Below, piece after piece: positions 33,322 through 40,442 of a DNA stretch of 41,644 nucleotides. The stretch covers positions 1 to 41,644 of IMG/VR virus record IMGVR_UViG_3300010052_000147; one strand, given 5' to 3'. Each line of letters opens with the position of its first letter. The stretch's first letter is position 1. This DNA comes from a virus (taxonomy: Duplodnaviria; Caudoviricetes). The translations under genes and the position numbers were made by a program. The notes beneath the pieces were generated by a model. The model did not search any database. It was not told the origin of the DNA and saw nothing but the letters and a program-made list of their open reading frames with translations.

Positions 33322-33662
33322 GCGGGTTGCTCCTCTGAAGCGCGGGCCAGTCGCATGATCAGCGCCATGTATGCGCTGTGCAGATCCGGCATGATGTCCT
33401 CGTAATTTCGCTCGCCAGACATGATGGCCGGCGCCAAGTCTGGGCGAAGCAATTCGGTCGCGGAGGCGAATTGCATCAGCTCGGGCGATGTCTTGAATTC
33501 AGCGGCGACGCGGCGCAGGCGCTTCAGGCTGCCGTCGCGGTGCGCTCTTACGCGGCAGGCCGGCGAGCAAGTCAGTTGATCGCGGCGCGAAACGTCATGC
33601 AGCAAGCCGCATCCGACGCAGACGGTGACGTAACACTTCGATGAAAGCGTTACAGCCGTCAT
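33318..33662 (-). CDS. Zinc-finger protein (CxxC...CSPACR)
   Basis: CVGCG...LTCSPACRVRAHR; ATGA overlaps. Confidence 0.7.
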   Translation of the reverse strand: MTAVTLSSKCYVTVCVGCGLLHDVSRRDQLTCSPACRVRAHRDGSLKRLRRVAAEFKTSPELMQFASATELLRPDLAPAIMSGERNYEDIMPDLHSAYMALIMRLARASEEQPA

Positions 33663-34036
33663 GGCGCGATGCCCCACCGGTAGCCTTTGCCGACCGAGAA
33701 CAGCACCTCATAGCCGACGATCAGGCCTTTGCTTTGCATACGGGAGAGTGACCGCGACACGCTGGCATAGTTCGCAGGCGTCCTGTCACGGCCGAGCGCG
33801 TCGATGACGTCTCCGGTCGAGGGGAGGCCCTTGACGTTCCAAAAACCGTCACCGTTCAGCTTGGCCGGCCCGATCGCTGTCAGGTACGCCAGGATCGCAG
33901 CGCGTATATCGCCAGACGGTTTACCGTTCCCAGCCGGAACTTTCGCGGGCCGGTTAACAAAGTTTTGGTCGCGGACTTTGTTAACCGCCCGACGACCTAG
34001 GCGCGGCGGAAGGATGTCGCCTTCGAGAACGGTCAT
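33659..34036 (-). CDS. Hypothetical protein, winged-helix-like
   Basis: STGDVIDALG...ASVSRSLSRMQSKGLI; ATGA overlaps. Confidence 0.6.
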   Translation of the reverse strand: MTVLEGDILPPRLGRRAVNKVRDQNFVNRPAKVPAGNGKPSGDIRAAILAYLTAIGPAKLNGDGFWNVKGLPSTGDVIDALGRDRTPANYASVSRSLSRMQSKGLIVGYEVLFSVGKGYRWGIAP

Positions 34037-34332
34037 GCTGCACCAGCCCTTTGGCGGTTGTCGTTATCGCCAGGGATGAGGAATTCCGGATGGATTTCGA
34101 AGCCATCGGCAGACTGACGGAAGTGGATCGAGAGCAAGCCAGATCCGATCAACTCGCGGATCGAATTCCAAAGGGTTCGGTCGTCAAACGGGGCTTCCGG
34201 CCCGACCAACTGCCTCAGCAGCGCCATCAAGAGCTTATGGCTGTCTTCGTCCACCGAGGACGCGAAACTGTCGTAGTTGCTCTTTGGGTTGAGCGTCATC
34301 CACCGGCCGCGGCGGCGTTCTGCGCGGTTCAT
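34033..34332 (-). CDS. Hypothetical protein, 99 aa
   Basis: MNRAERRR start, GGAGGAG RBS, ATGA overlaps. Confidence 0.65.
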   Translation of the reverse strand: MNRAERRRGRWMTLNPKSNYDSFASSVDEDSHKLLMALLRQLVGPEAPFDDRTLWNSIRELIGSGLLSIHFRQSADGFEIHPEFLIPGDNDNRQRAGAA

Positions 34333-34607
34333 GCTGCGTCTCCTCCGATAGGTTGGAGTTCGCTGCGTTCTGATTGGGCAACGAACTCTCTCTGCATTTC
34401 ATGCTGGACAGCGCGGCCGAACGCTTCGATCTCGCGCCGAATGACATCAGGCTCGCAGCGCTGCACAGTCAGCCTAGCCTCGAGCCGACGGCATTCCAGC
34501 TTCCAGAACCGTTCAGCCGACAGGCCTTGCCGGATCAGCAAGATGCGCGCGCACTCGCGGACGTAGCGAACCTGCCGGGCAACCGGGAACGGGACGATCT
34601 TGGTCAT
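34329..34607 (-). CDS. DUF6074-like protein
   Basis: IVPFPVARQVRYVRECARIL...ERFWK pattern; ATGA overlaps. Confidence 0.6.
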   Translation of the reverse strand: MTKIVPFPVARQVRYVRECARILLIRQGLSAERFWKLECRRLEARLTVQRCEPDVIRREIEAFGRAVQHEMQREFVAQSERSELQPIGGDAA

Positions 34608-35434
34608 GCGGCCACCTCGATATGAGTGTCGTAACTCCCATGGGGCTCCGCCCCTTGGAGCCCCGCCGGGGACACGGTCCCCGAACCCCGACGCCCGGCT
34701 TCGCCGTGCGCTGCATCGTCAGTTGCAACTTGCTTTGGAACAGTTGGAATTTGGTCGGGAAGACGGGCGTCAAGCTGAGCAGCGTCAGCGCGTGAGACAA
34801 CTGTGTCGCCATTCCAACAAATATCTACTCGCGACACTTCTGTCTCACGACGGTGGCGATACCAAGTGGCGCGCGAAATGCCGTCGGCCAACCATGGCTT
34901 TGATCGCGTAAGAGACTGGCCCTCGAGGGACTTACGATCCTGCCGTCCAGCAGCGCGGCGCTTCAATTCCTGCCGGTCGCGGTCCCGGTTGCGCTTCCTC
35001 TGTTTCGCAAGCTTCATGCGCTCGGCTTTCGTGATGTCACACGCCCCGATCGTGTTAAGCCCGATCTTGGTCCGCTCTGCCCATGTCACCATCAGCAGGC
35101 CGGCAACACCGTCCGCCTTCATCATCCTCCGACGCTTGGACGCCTGAAGGCTGATCGCGCGGAACTCGATCTCAGCAATCCACGGCGCCCAGCGCGAGCA
35201 CCACCCTTCCAAATCCCTGCAGCTAGAGAATGCAGCCGCCCTGACATAATCGAGGCAAGTTTCGCGATCGTCGGTGTCCTGCGGGTCAGGGACAAACCGA
35301 CCGTGCCGAGCGCGGATCACCTTCTCGATTTCCCGCAGCCGCATCAGTTCCGGCGACGGCTTCCAGTCCAACCGGTCACGGCTTTGCCGATCAGCGAGGA
35401 CGCAGTTCCCGATTTTCAGAGTGGTCCGCGCCAT
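34604..35434 (-). CDS. Putative replication initiator with a plasmid-replicase-like C-terminal HTH
   Basis: AERTKIGLNTI, basic helix, then SKPWLADGISRATWYR; lambda O position. Confidence 0.6.
   Translation of the reverse strand: MARTTLKIGNCVLADRQSRDRLDWKPSPELMRLREIEKVIRARHGRFVPDPQDTDDRETCLDYVRAAAFSSCRDLEGWCSRWAPWIAEIEFRAISLQASKRRRMMKADGVAGLLMVTWAERTKIGLNTIGACDITKAERMKLAKQRKRNRDRDRQELKRRAAGRQDRKSLEGQSLTRSKPWLADGISRATWYRHRRETEVSRVDICWNGDTVVSRADAAQLDARLPDQIPTVPKQVATDDAAHGEAGRRGSGTVSPAGLQGAEPHGSYDTHIEVAA
34791..34849. repeat. 19-bp imperfect inverted repeat around an AT-rich spacer (candidate origin)
   Basis: CGTGAGACA-ACT-GTGTCGC, N21, GCGACAC-TTC-TGTCTCACG. Confidence 0.7.
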
Positions 35435-35628
35435 CAGTGAGCCCTCGCGCGAAACTTCGCGGCGTCGCGAATCGCTTGACAGGCCTGCGCCGGCGTAAGA
35501 GCGAACTGGCGCTGCAGTTGGGGAACAACGGGCTTGAAGCGATCAGGGCCGCCAGTGGCGAGCCAGGACGCCGCTGCGTCGATCGAATTGGGTTCCGCGG
35601 CTACTCGGTTTGTCTGGGCGGCGCTCAC
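35434..35628 (-). CDS. Small helical hypothetical protein, 64 aa
   Basis: AAASWLA...PVVPQLQRQFALTPAQACQAIRDA; GTGA and TGATG overlaps. Confidence 0.7.
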   Translation of the reverse strand: MSAAQTNRVAAEPNSIDAAASWLATGGPDRFKPVVPQLQRQFALTPAQACQAIRDAAKFRARAH

Positions 35629-35882
35629 GCGGCGGTCTTTCGCTCGTTGTCCCAGCGCACGAGATCGAATGGCTTGTCTGAGCCCTCAGGCCAATTGGCA
35701 AAGAGCCAGCCCATCACCTCATCGAAGGTTCGCATAGTGAAAGTCTGCGACGTGTCGTGCAGACGCACGAAAAAGGCGCTGTCGTTCTTACATCGTCGGC
35801 CAATCGTTGAGAGGGCGCAGCCCTTGGCTGTCGCGAAAAGGGTTGCGGTGTCGAGAAGGGTTTTGCGAAGGACGTGTTCCAT
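35625..35882 (-). CDS. Cro-like regulator (probably leaderless)
   Basis: ALSTIGRRCKNDSAFFVRL...TMRTFDEVMGWLFANWP; divergent from the repressor; 7 nt between the -10 box and the ATG. Confidence 0.75.
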   Translation of the reverse strand: MEHVLRKTLLDTATLFATAKGCALSTIGRRCKNDSAFFVRLHDTSQTFTMRTFDEVMGWLFANWPEGSDKPFDLVRWDNERKTAA

Positions 35883-35889
35883 GCCGGTA

Positions 35890-35918
35890 ACCATAATGGA
35901 TAAATCCCGCATCTGCAA
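35890..35918 (-). promoter_or_regulatory. PR-like promoter overlapped by operator O1 (35895-35910)
   Basis: TTGCAG-N17-TATGGT; plus-strand AATGGATAAATCCCGC in the spacer. Confidence 0.75.
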
Positions 35919-35925
35919 CAGTGAT

Positions 35926-35976
35926 GCGTGATATGTCGCGCTCGCAAAGTTTGTCGAGTTGCGGGATATTCCCCCC
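35926..35976 (+). promoter_or_regulatory. PRM-like promoter with operators O2 (35926-35941) and O3 (35961-35976)
   Basis: GCGTGATATGTCGCGC abuts the -35 of TCGCAA-N17-GATATT; GCGGGATATTCCCCCC covers the -10; ATG at 35977. Confidence 0.65.
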
Positions 35977-36759
35977 ATGTCAGATCAGAATGAAATCTTG
36001 CGCCAAAGGCTGTCTTCTCGGATGGAGGAGCTAGACCTCAACCCCTCGGCTGTCGCCACGGATGCGGGACTCGGGCGCTCGGCAGTCCGCGACATCCTAA
36101 GCGGCAAGGCGCGAAACCCAGGCCACCTTACGCTGGTGACGATTGCCGAGGTCCTTCAGTGCTCAGTCGGATATCTCACCGGTGAGATCGACACGCTCTA
36201 CGCGCCCGATAATCCACGCAGCTGGTTTGCACTCGACCGGCCACGATGGCATGGCCAGGCCTTTCTCGAAGCCGGGGTTTTTCGCAAATCATGGAATGAC
36301 CTGTCACCTGGCGAGTTAACGCCCGGACCATCGACGTATCGCCCAATTGAGCTTGGTTTCGAGGCAGGTCGGTTTCGAAGTGCGACCGGCAGATTTCCCG
36401 GCAAGGATTTGGTTCCCTTTGAAATGGGGGACGCTTCGATGGATGCGCTGAAGATCCTTCGGGGGGACGTATTGATCGCGCCGCTCCCAGGTGACGAGCA
36501 GATCGTGCTCGGTCAATCGGAGATCATCGTATCGCTGTTTAGCCCTTCGGATGTCGAAGGCCATGAGCTAAGCGCGCGGATAGTCAGCGAGTCTCAAGGT
36601 TCCGTCTCCCTTCACTGCTCGTCGGAGGGTCGGAACTACAGACCAATCAAGCTTCTTTCGACTGGAACTGACACTGGCCGTCCTAACGAATACGATGCCG
36701 AGGGCGGCACCGTCCGGATCGTCGGCCGAGTGGTAAATCTCTCACGTGATTACAGATGA
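35977..36759 (+). CDS. CI-like repressor: XRE HTH plus degenerate S24 domain
   Basis: PSAVATDAGLGRSAVRDILSGK...IAEVLQCSVGYL HTH; LEAG cleavage-type site; GDASM; IVGRVV end. Confidence 0.88.
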   Translation: MSDQNEILRQRLSSRMEELDLNPSAVATDAGLGRSAVRDILSGKARNPGHLTLVTIAEVLQCSVGYLTGEIDTLYAPDNPRSWFALDRPRWHGQAFLEAGVFRKSWNDLSPGELTPGPSTYRPIELGFEAGRFRSATGRFPGKDLVPFEMGDASMDALKILRGDVLIAPLPGDEQIVLGQSEIIVSLFSPSDVEGHELSARIVSESQGSVSLHCSSEGRNYRPIKLLSTGTDTGRPNEYDAEGGTVRIVGRVVNLSRDYR

Positions 36760-36810
36760 TGGATTTATCCCGCATTCACGCTTGACGCGGGATTTGTCGC
36801 GCAATATGGT
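36758..36810 (+). promoter_or_regulatory. PL-like promoter with operators O4 (36758-36773) and O5 (36787-36802)
   Basis: TTGACG-N17-TATGGT; GATGGATTTATCCCGC and GCGGGATTTGTCGCGC. Confidence 0.8.
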
Positions 36811-36833
36811 TGCCTCCAATCAACGAGGCCCCC

Positions 36834-37763
36834 ATGTCGCCGATCACCTACGCCCCTGCGGCCGCCGACCCAGTCGACTATGCGTTTCACACAGCGGCCG
36901 GGATCTTCGATCTGCTCGAGGGCGCTGCGTTTGACGAACTCGCCGCCGATATCAAAGCGCACGGCCTCAAGCTTCCCATCGTTCTGCACGATGGCCTGAT
37001 CCTTGATGGCCGTAATCGCTACCGGGCCTGCAAAGCCGCTGGCGTCGACCCAATGTTCCGCCAGTGGGACGGCGCTGGCTCGCCGAGCGAGTTCGTCTGG
37101 TCGCTGAACAACACCCGCCGGCACCTAGACGGCAACGCGCGAGCGCTTGCAGCGGGTCGCTACCAGGTCCAACTCGAGGCCGAGGGTAAGGCTCGAAGAT
37201 CGGCCAACCTGAAGCACTCCGCATCGAAGGTGCCAAATGGCACCATCGATAGTGCCGGCCGTTCTCGCGCCCAAGCGGCAGAAAAATTCAACCTCCCCGA
37301 ACGCACCGTTGATCGTGCCGCGAAGGTGGTGAAGGACGGCACCCCGGAACTGCAGAAGGCCGTGGCTGATGATCGGATATCGATCTCCGCGGCTGCCGCT
37401 GTTGCCGACGAAGACCCCGACACACAGCGCGAGATCGCCAGTCACCCGGAGATCAAGAAGGCCGTGAGAGCGCTCAACGCCGCCAAGGCTCTGAAGGCCG
37501 AAGCGGACGCGATGCCGCCGCAGCCGGACCGCTCACCGGAAGAAGTTGCAAACATCCAGAGGTCGGTCGGAACGCAGCAGGACAGGGCCCGGCTGATGGA
37601 CATTCTTGCTGCCGTCAAGACGGTCGAGGGTCTTCCTGATCCCGCAGCAATGGCAGACGCGGTGCCGTCGGGCCTCGCCCATTCAGTCAATCCGGTCGCG
37701 CTGCTGAAGGTCGCAGACTGGTTCGAAAAGTTCGCACGAGCCTGGGAGGCAAAACAGCGCTGA
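36834..37763 (+). CDS. ParB N-terminal domain protein with HTH
   Basis: ELAADIKAHGLKLPIV, ILDGRNRYRAC, VWSLNNTRRHL; HTH AAEKFNLPERTVDRA; GAGG RBS. Confidence 0.8.
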   Translation: MSPITYAPAAADPVDYAFHTAAGIFDLLEGAAFDELAADIKAHGLKLPIVLHDGLILDGRNRYRACKAAGVDPMFRQWDGAGSPSEFVWSLNNTRRHLDGNARALAAGRYQVQLEAEGKARRSANLKHSASKVPNGTIDSAGRSRAQAAEKFNLPERTVDRAAKVVKDGTPELQKAVADDRISISAAAAVADEDPDTQREIASHPEIKKAVRALNAAKALKAEADAMPPQPDRSPEEVANIQRSVGTQQDRARLMDILAAVKTVEGLPDPAAMADAVPSGLAHSVNPVALLKVADWFEKFARAWEAKQR

Positions 37764-38233
37764 CCGCCTACTCCAACACCATCAACCAGTTCGCTGCGGA
37801 TGCCATGTCGGCCGACGGCTTCGACGCTTCGGAACTCGCTCCGAAGGTCTGGGCCAAGATCGGCAAGCAGGACCGCAAGCGGACCAGCATCAAGACGATA
37901 GCCCGCGATCTGAAGGACGCGGCCAGCCGGATTGCGAAGCAGGTCATCCGGCAGCAGGAAACGGCACAGATGGCGTTCGCCTTCTTCAAGCTGCCGGGCG
38001 CCGTCTCGCTCGATCTCGAAGGCCGCAAGATCAAGTTCACGCGCTCGCTTACGCGGCTCGAGTATCAGCGCGCATCGAAGATCCGGAAGGACCATCACAC
38101 GGCATCCGGCGATGCGATCAAGGAGTTCGATGCCGCTGAAGCGGCGGTCGCTCCTTATTGGGACCAGAACCCCGAGTGGACGTTTGGACAGTGCCTCGAC
38201 CAGTTCATGTCGGACAAGCAGGTGGCGGCGTGA
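37760..38233 (+). CDS. Hypothetical protein (probable CTG start at 37760; first ATG at 37805)
   Basis: GGGAGG at 37744-37749 and an in-frame CTG overlapping the upstream TGA. Confidence 0.65.
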   Translation: MTAYSNTINQFAADAMSADGFDASELAPKVWAKIGKQDRKRTSIKTIARDLKDAASRIAKQVIRQQETAQMAFAFFKLPGAVSLDLEGRKIKFTRSLTRLEYQRASKIRKDHHTASGDAIKEFDAAEAAVAPYWDQNPEWTFGQCLDQFMSDKQVAA

Positions 38234-38458
38234 AAGCCAGCGCAAAGTCAACGTCAAAAATGCAGTGCGCTTTAGACATGACAGCGATGTCGGCAGTGAT
38301 GCAGGCTCGGAACATAATTCGGAGATCTCCGACGAAAATTCGGAGAAGTCGGAACCGCTGAAACGTAACACTTCGCGTCATCGGAATAGCCTGACCAAGT
38401 AGCAATCGAGTAGCCCGCCGCGGCATCACAGCGGCATTCTGACAAACGGATCAATCAA

Positions 38459-38953
38459 ATGACGTCCGAACCCATTTCGGCGACCGCCGAAGGCATGCCC
38501 AAAATCAACCGCCGAAGCTTTCTCGGCTCATCCGCAGCCGTGGCGCTGCCGACTGGCGCGCTGGCAATCGTAACGCACACCGAAGCGGTTTCGGCCGCCG
38601 AAACTCCGAGGGATCGCGTCCATCGTCTCGCAGAGGAACTTTCGGTGGCGATGAAAGATTGCCAGCGCGAGGTCGCCAATACGGGCGATCTGGATGCGAT
38701 CGAGTGCGTGGTGCATGCCGAACGCTCTGACGGCATCCGCCCGATTATTTTTCGACCTATCCGCCACTTCACGCCCGACGAGCGGATGGACAATGCCCGG
38801 CACGAACTCGTCGCGGCCACCAAGGCGCGCTATCCGGATGTGACCGACTGGCGCGTGCTCCATGATGGAACCGACCCGGTATTCGCGGACAATTCCAAGT
38901 CGGTCGGCATGTGCATGATCCTTGGCCATCTTCCGGGGAGGACATGGGCATGA
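38459..38953 (+). CDS. Hypothetical protein with twin-arginine-like signal
   Basis: INRRSFLGSSAAVALPTGALA; start may be 38459 or 38495. Confidence 0.65.
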   Translation: MTSEPISATAEGMPKINRRSFLGSSAAVALPTGALAIVTHTEAVSAAETPRDRVHRLAEELSVAMKDCQREVANTGDLDAIECVVHAERSDGIRPIIFRPIRHFTPDERMDNARHELVAATKARYPDVTDWRVLHDGTDPVFADNSKSVGMCMILGHLPGRTWA

Positions 38954-39435
38954 GCGCTCTCGCCCTCTCCGTTGCGCAGGAAACCCCCGCGCGGAAGCTC
39001 ACCACCACCCTACACCCTGACGAGTTCCCGCCCGAATACGCGATGATCTGCGACGGCAAATGCTTGGAGCCGGTTTACATGGACGGGGCGAAGCTCTTGT
39101 TTTCCCGCGATGAACGCTACCGGACTGGCGACTTCGTCATGCTCCACAAGCGACCGGAGTTCGTCGTTCCCGGTGATCATCAGATGATCGTAAAGCGTCT
39201 CGTAGTCGCGCCGACGCGGGAATACTGGCAGCCGGGCTGGATCAATAGGAGCGGGCTGGCGCCGACCATAATCGTCGAGACGCTCAACCCGCGCCGGATA
39301 CTCTACATCGATCCGGCGAAGCTGCTCGGCATCCACAAGTGCGTCGGGCTGGTGCCAGAAGATCGGCTCTCGACCCGCATCCTTTCCGACGATGATGTGC
39401 GCCGGGAATACGCGGGAAGGGGGGCACGGTCATGA
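38950..39435 (+). CDS. Stand-alone S24/LexA-like peptidase domain, Cys in the Ser position
   Basis: YAMICDGKCLEPVYMDG...TGDFVML...MIVKRL...ETLNP; ATGA overlaps; no HTH. Confidence 0.7.
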   Translation: MSALALSVAQETPARKLTTTLHPDEFPPEYAMICDGKCLEPVYMDGAKLLFSRDERYRTGDFVMLHKRPEFVVPGDHQMIVKRLVVAPTREYWQPGWINRSGLAPTIIVETLNPRRILYIDPAKLLGIHKCVGLVPEDRLSTRILSDDDVRREYAGRGARS

Positions 39436-39716
39436 GCCGGGTCGTCGACCTGATCGCCGCCTACGTGACCGCGCGTGCCGCATGGGACATCGCTGATCCT
39501 GATGGCGACTGCACCTGTCCGGAGTGGGAGGCTGTCGAGGCAGCGGAGGACGTCATCCTCAGGTTTTCGTGCCAGACGATCGAGGATGTTCAGGCAAAGG
39601 CTCGGTTTTTCATCGAGCACGAACCTGCCTACGACACGATCAAGAACTGTTACACCGAGGCGGAAGAGTGTCTGATGACGTTCCTGCGCTCGCTGGCCGG
39701 TGAGGTGCGGTCATGA
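39432..39716 (+). CDS. Hypothetical acidic helical protein
   Basis: CQTIEDVQAKARF motif; ATGA overlaps. Confidence 0.65.
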   Translation: MSRVVDLIAAYVTARAAWDIADPDGDCTCPEWEAVEAAEDVILRFSCQTIEDVQAKARFFIEHEPAYDTIKNCYTEAEECLMTFLRSLAGEVRS

Positions 39717-39919
39717 GCGCCGCCGGAGCCCTGCCGTCCTCAATCAGCCAGTATGTCGCTCCGGACGCACCGGCTGACCCGGTGGCCCGCCTCGCCCAGG
39801 TCATCGCTATGGAAATGGAAGCGATCCACGGCGGCGATTGGGTGGTGCGGGTGGACCATCAGACGGGCTATGTGACCATTCGCCAGCAGTGCGGCGAAAC
39901 CGAGAGGTCGCGCCCATGA
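39713..39919 (+). CDS. Hypothetical protein, 68 aa
   Basis: MEAIHGGDWVVRVDH; GAGG RBS; ATGA overlaps. Confidence 0.6.
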   Translation: MSAAGALPSSISQYVAPDAPADPVARLAQVIAMEMEAIHGGDWVVRVDHQTGYVTIRQQCGETERSRP

Positions 39920-40149
39920 CCCGCCTCGCAACCGGCCTGCTGGCCCTCCTGCACTTCAAGGCTTCTGTCTGGCACGAACGTCAGGCGCGGCGGTGGGCGA
40001 TGCGCAACTTGGTCTCGCGCGGGGTGTTCGTGTCGCCATGGCCGAAGCCGAAGGCCGACGGCTCGGCAACGATGATCGCAGGCGTGCTGGCCGTGTCGAT
40101 CGCCATCATGGGGATCTACATCGCCATGGTGCTGAGGGCTGCGCCATGA
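39916..40149 (+). CDS. Small protein with a C-terminal TM helix
   Basis: MIAGVLAVSIAIMGIYIAMVL; GAGG RBS; ATGA overlaps. Confidence 0.55.
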   Translation: MTRLATGLLALLHFKASVWHERQARRWAMRNLVSRGVFVSPWPKPKADGSATMIAGVLAVSIAIMGIYIAMVLRAAP

Positions 40150-40442
40150 AGCATTTCCGGCCGCCTGTCACACTGGCCGATCTGCCGATGTTCGCCACCG
40201 ACCGGCAGCTTGCCGAAGCCATTGTCGGACAAGGGGCCGCCGACCAGTGGATGCGCGAACGACTGCCGACACTTGCCAAGATGCCGGGTTTCCCGCCTAT
40301 TGATGCTTTCCACGGCGGGCGCCCGGTGAAGTTGGTCGACCGGTTCTACGAAGAGTATCTTGGTGTCGGCAAGGGAACGCCTGTCGCGCCGCGTGGTGTA
40401 GAGGATCCGAGTGCATGGAAAAAATCAAAGCCCCGGGCCTGA
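40146..40442 (+). CDS. Excisionase-like protein
   Basis: About 98 aa directly upstream of and overlapping int; TDRQLAEAIVG...GFPPIDAFHGGR. Confidence 0.55.
   Translation: MKHFRPPVTLADLPMFATDRQLAEAIVGQGAADQWMRERLPTLAKMPGFPPIDAFHGGRPVKLVDRFYEEYLGVGKGTPVAPRGVEDPSAWKKSKPRA

Noticed and set aside
35880-38460. Alphaproteobacterial LexA box (GTTC-N7-GTTC or GAAC-N7-GAAC) near early promoters
   Set aside because: Only half-matches seen by eye, such as GAAC-N7-GGAG at 38310; a PWM scan would be needed to exclude it fully
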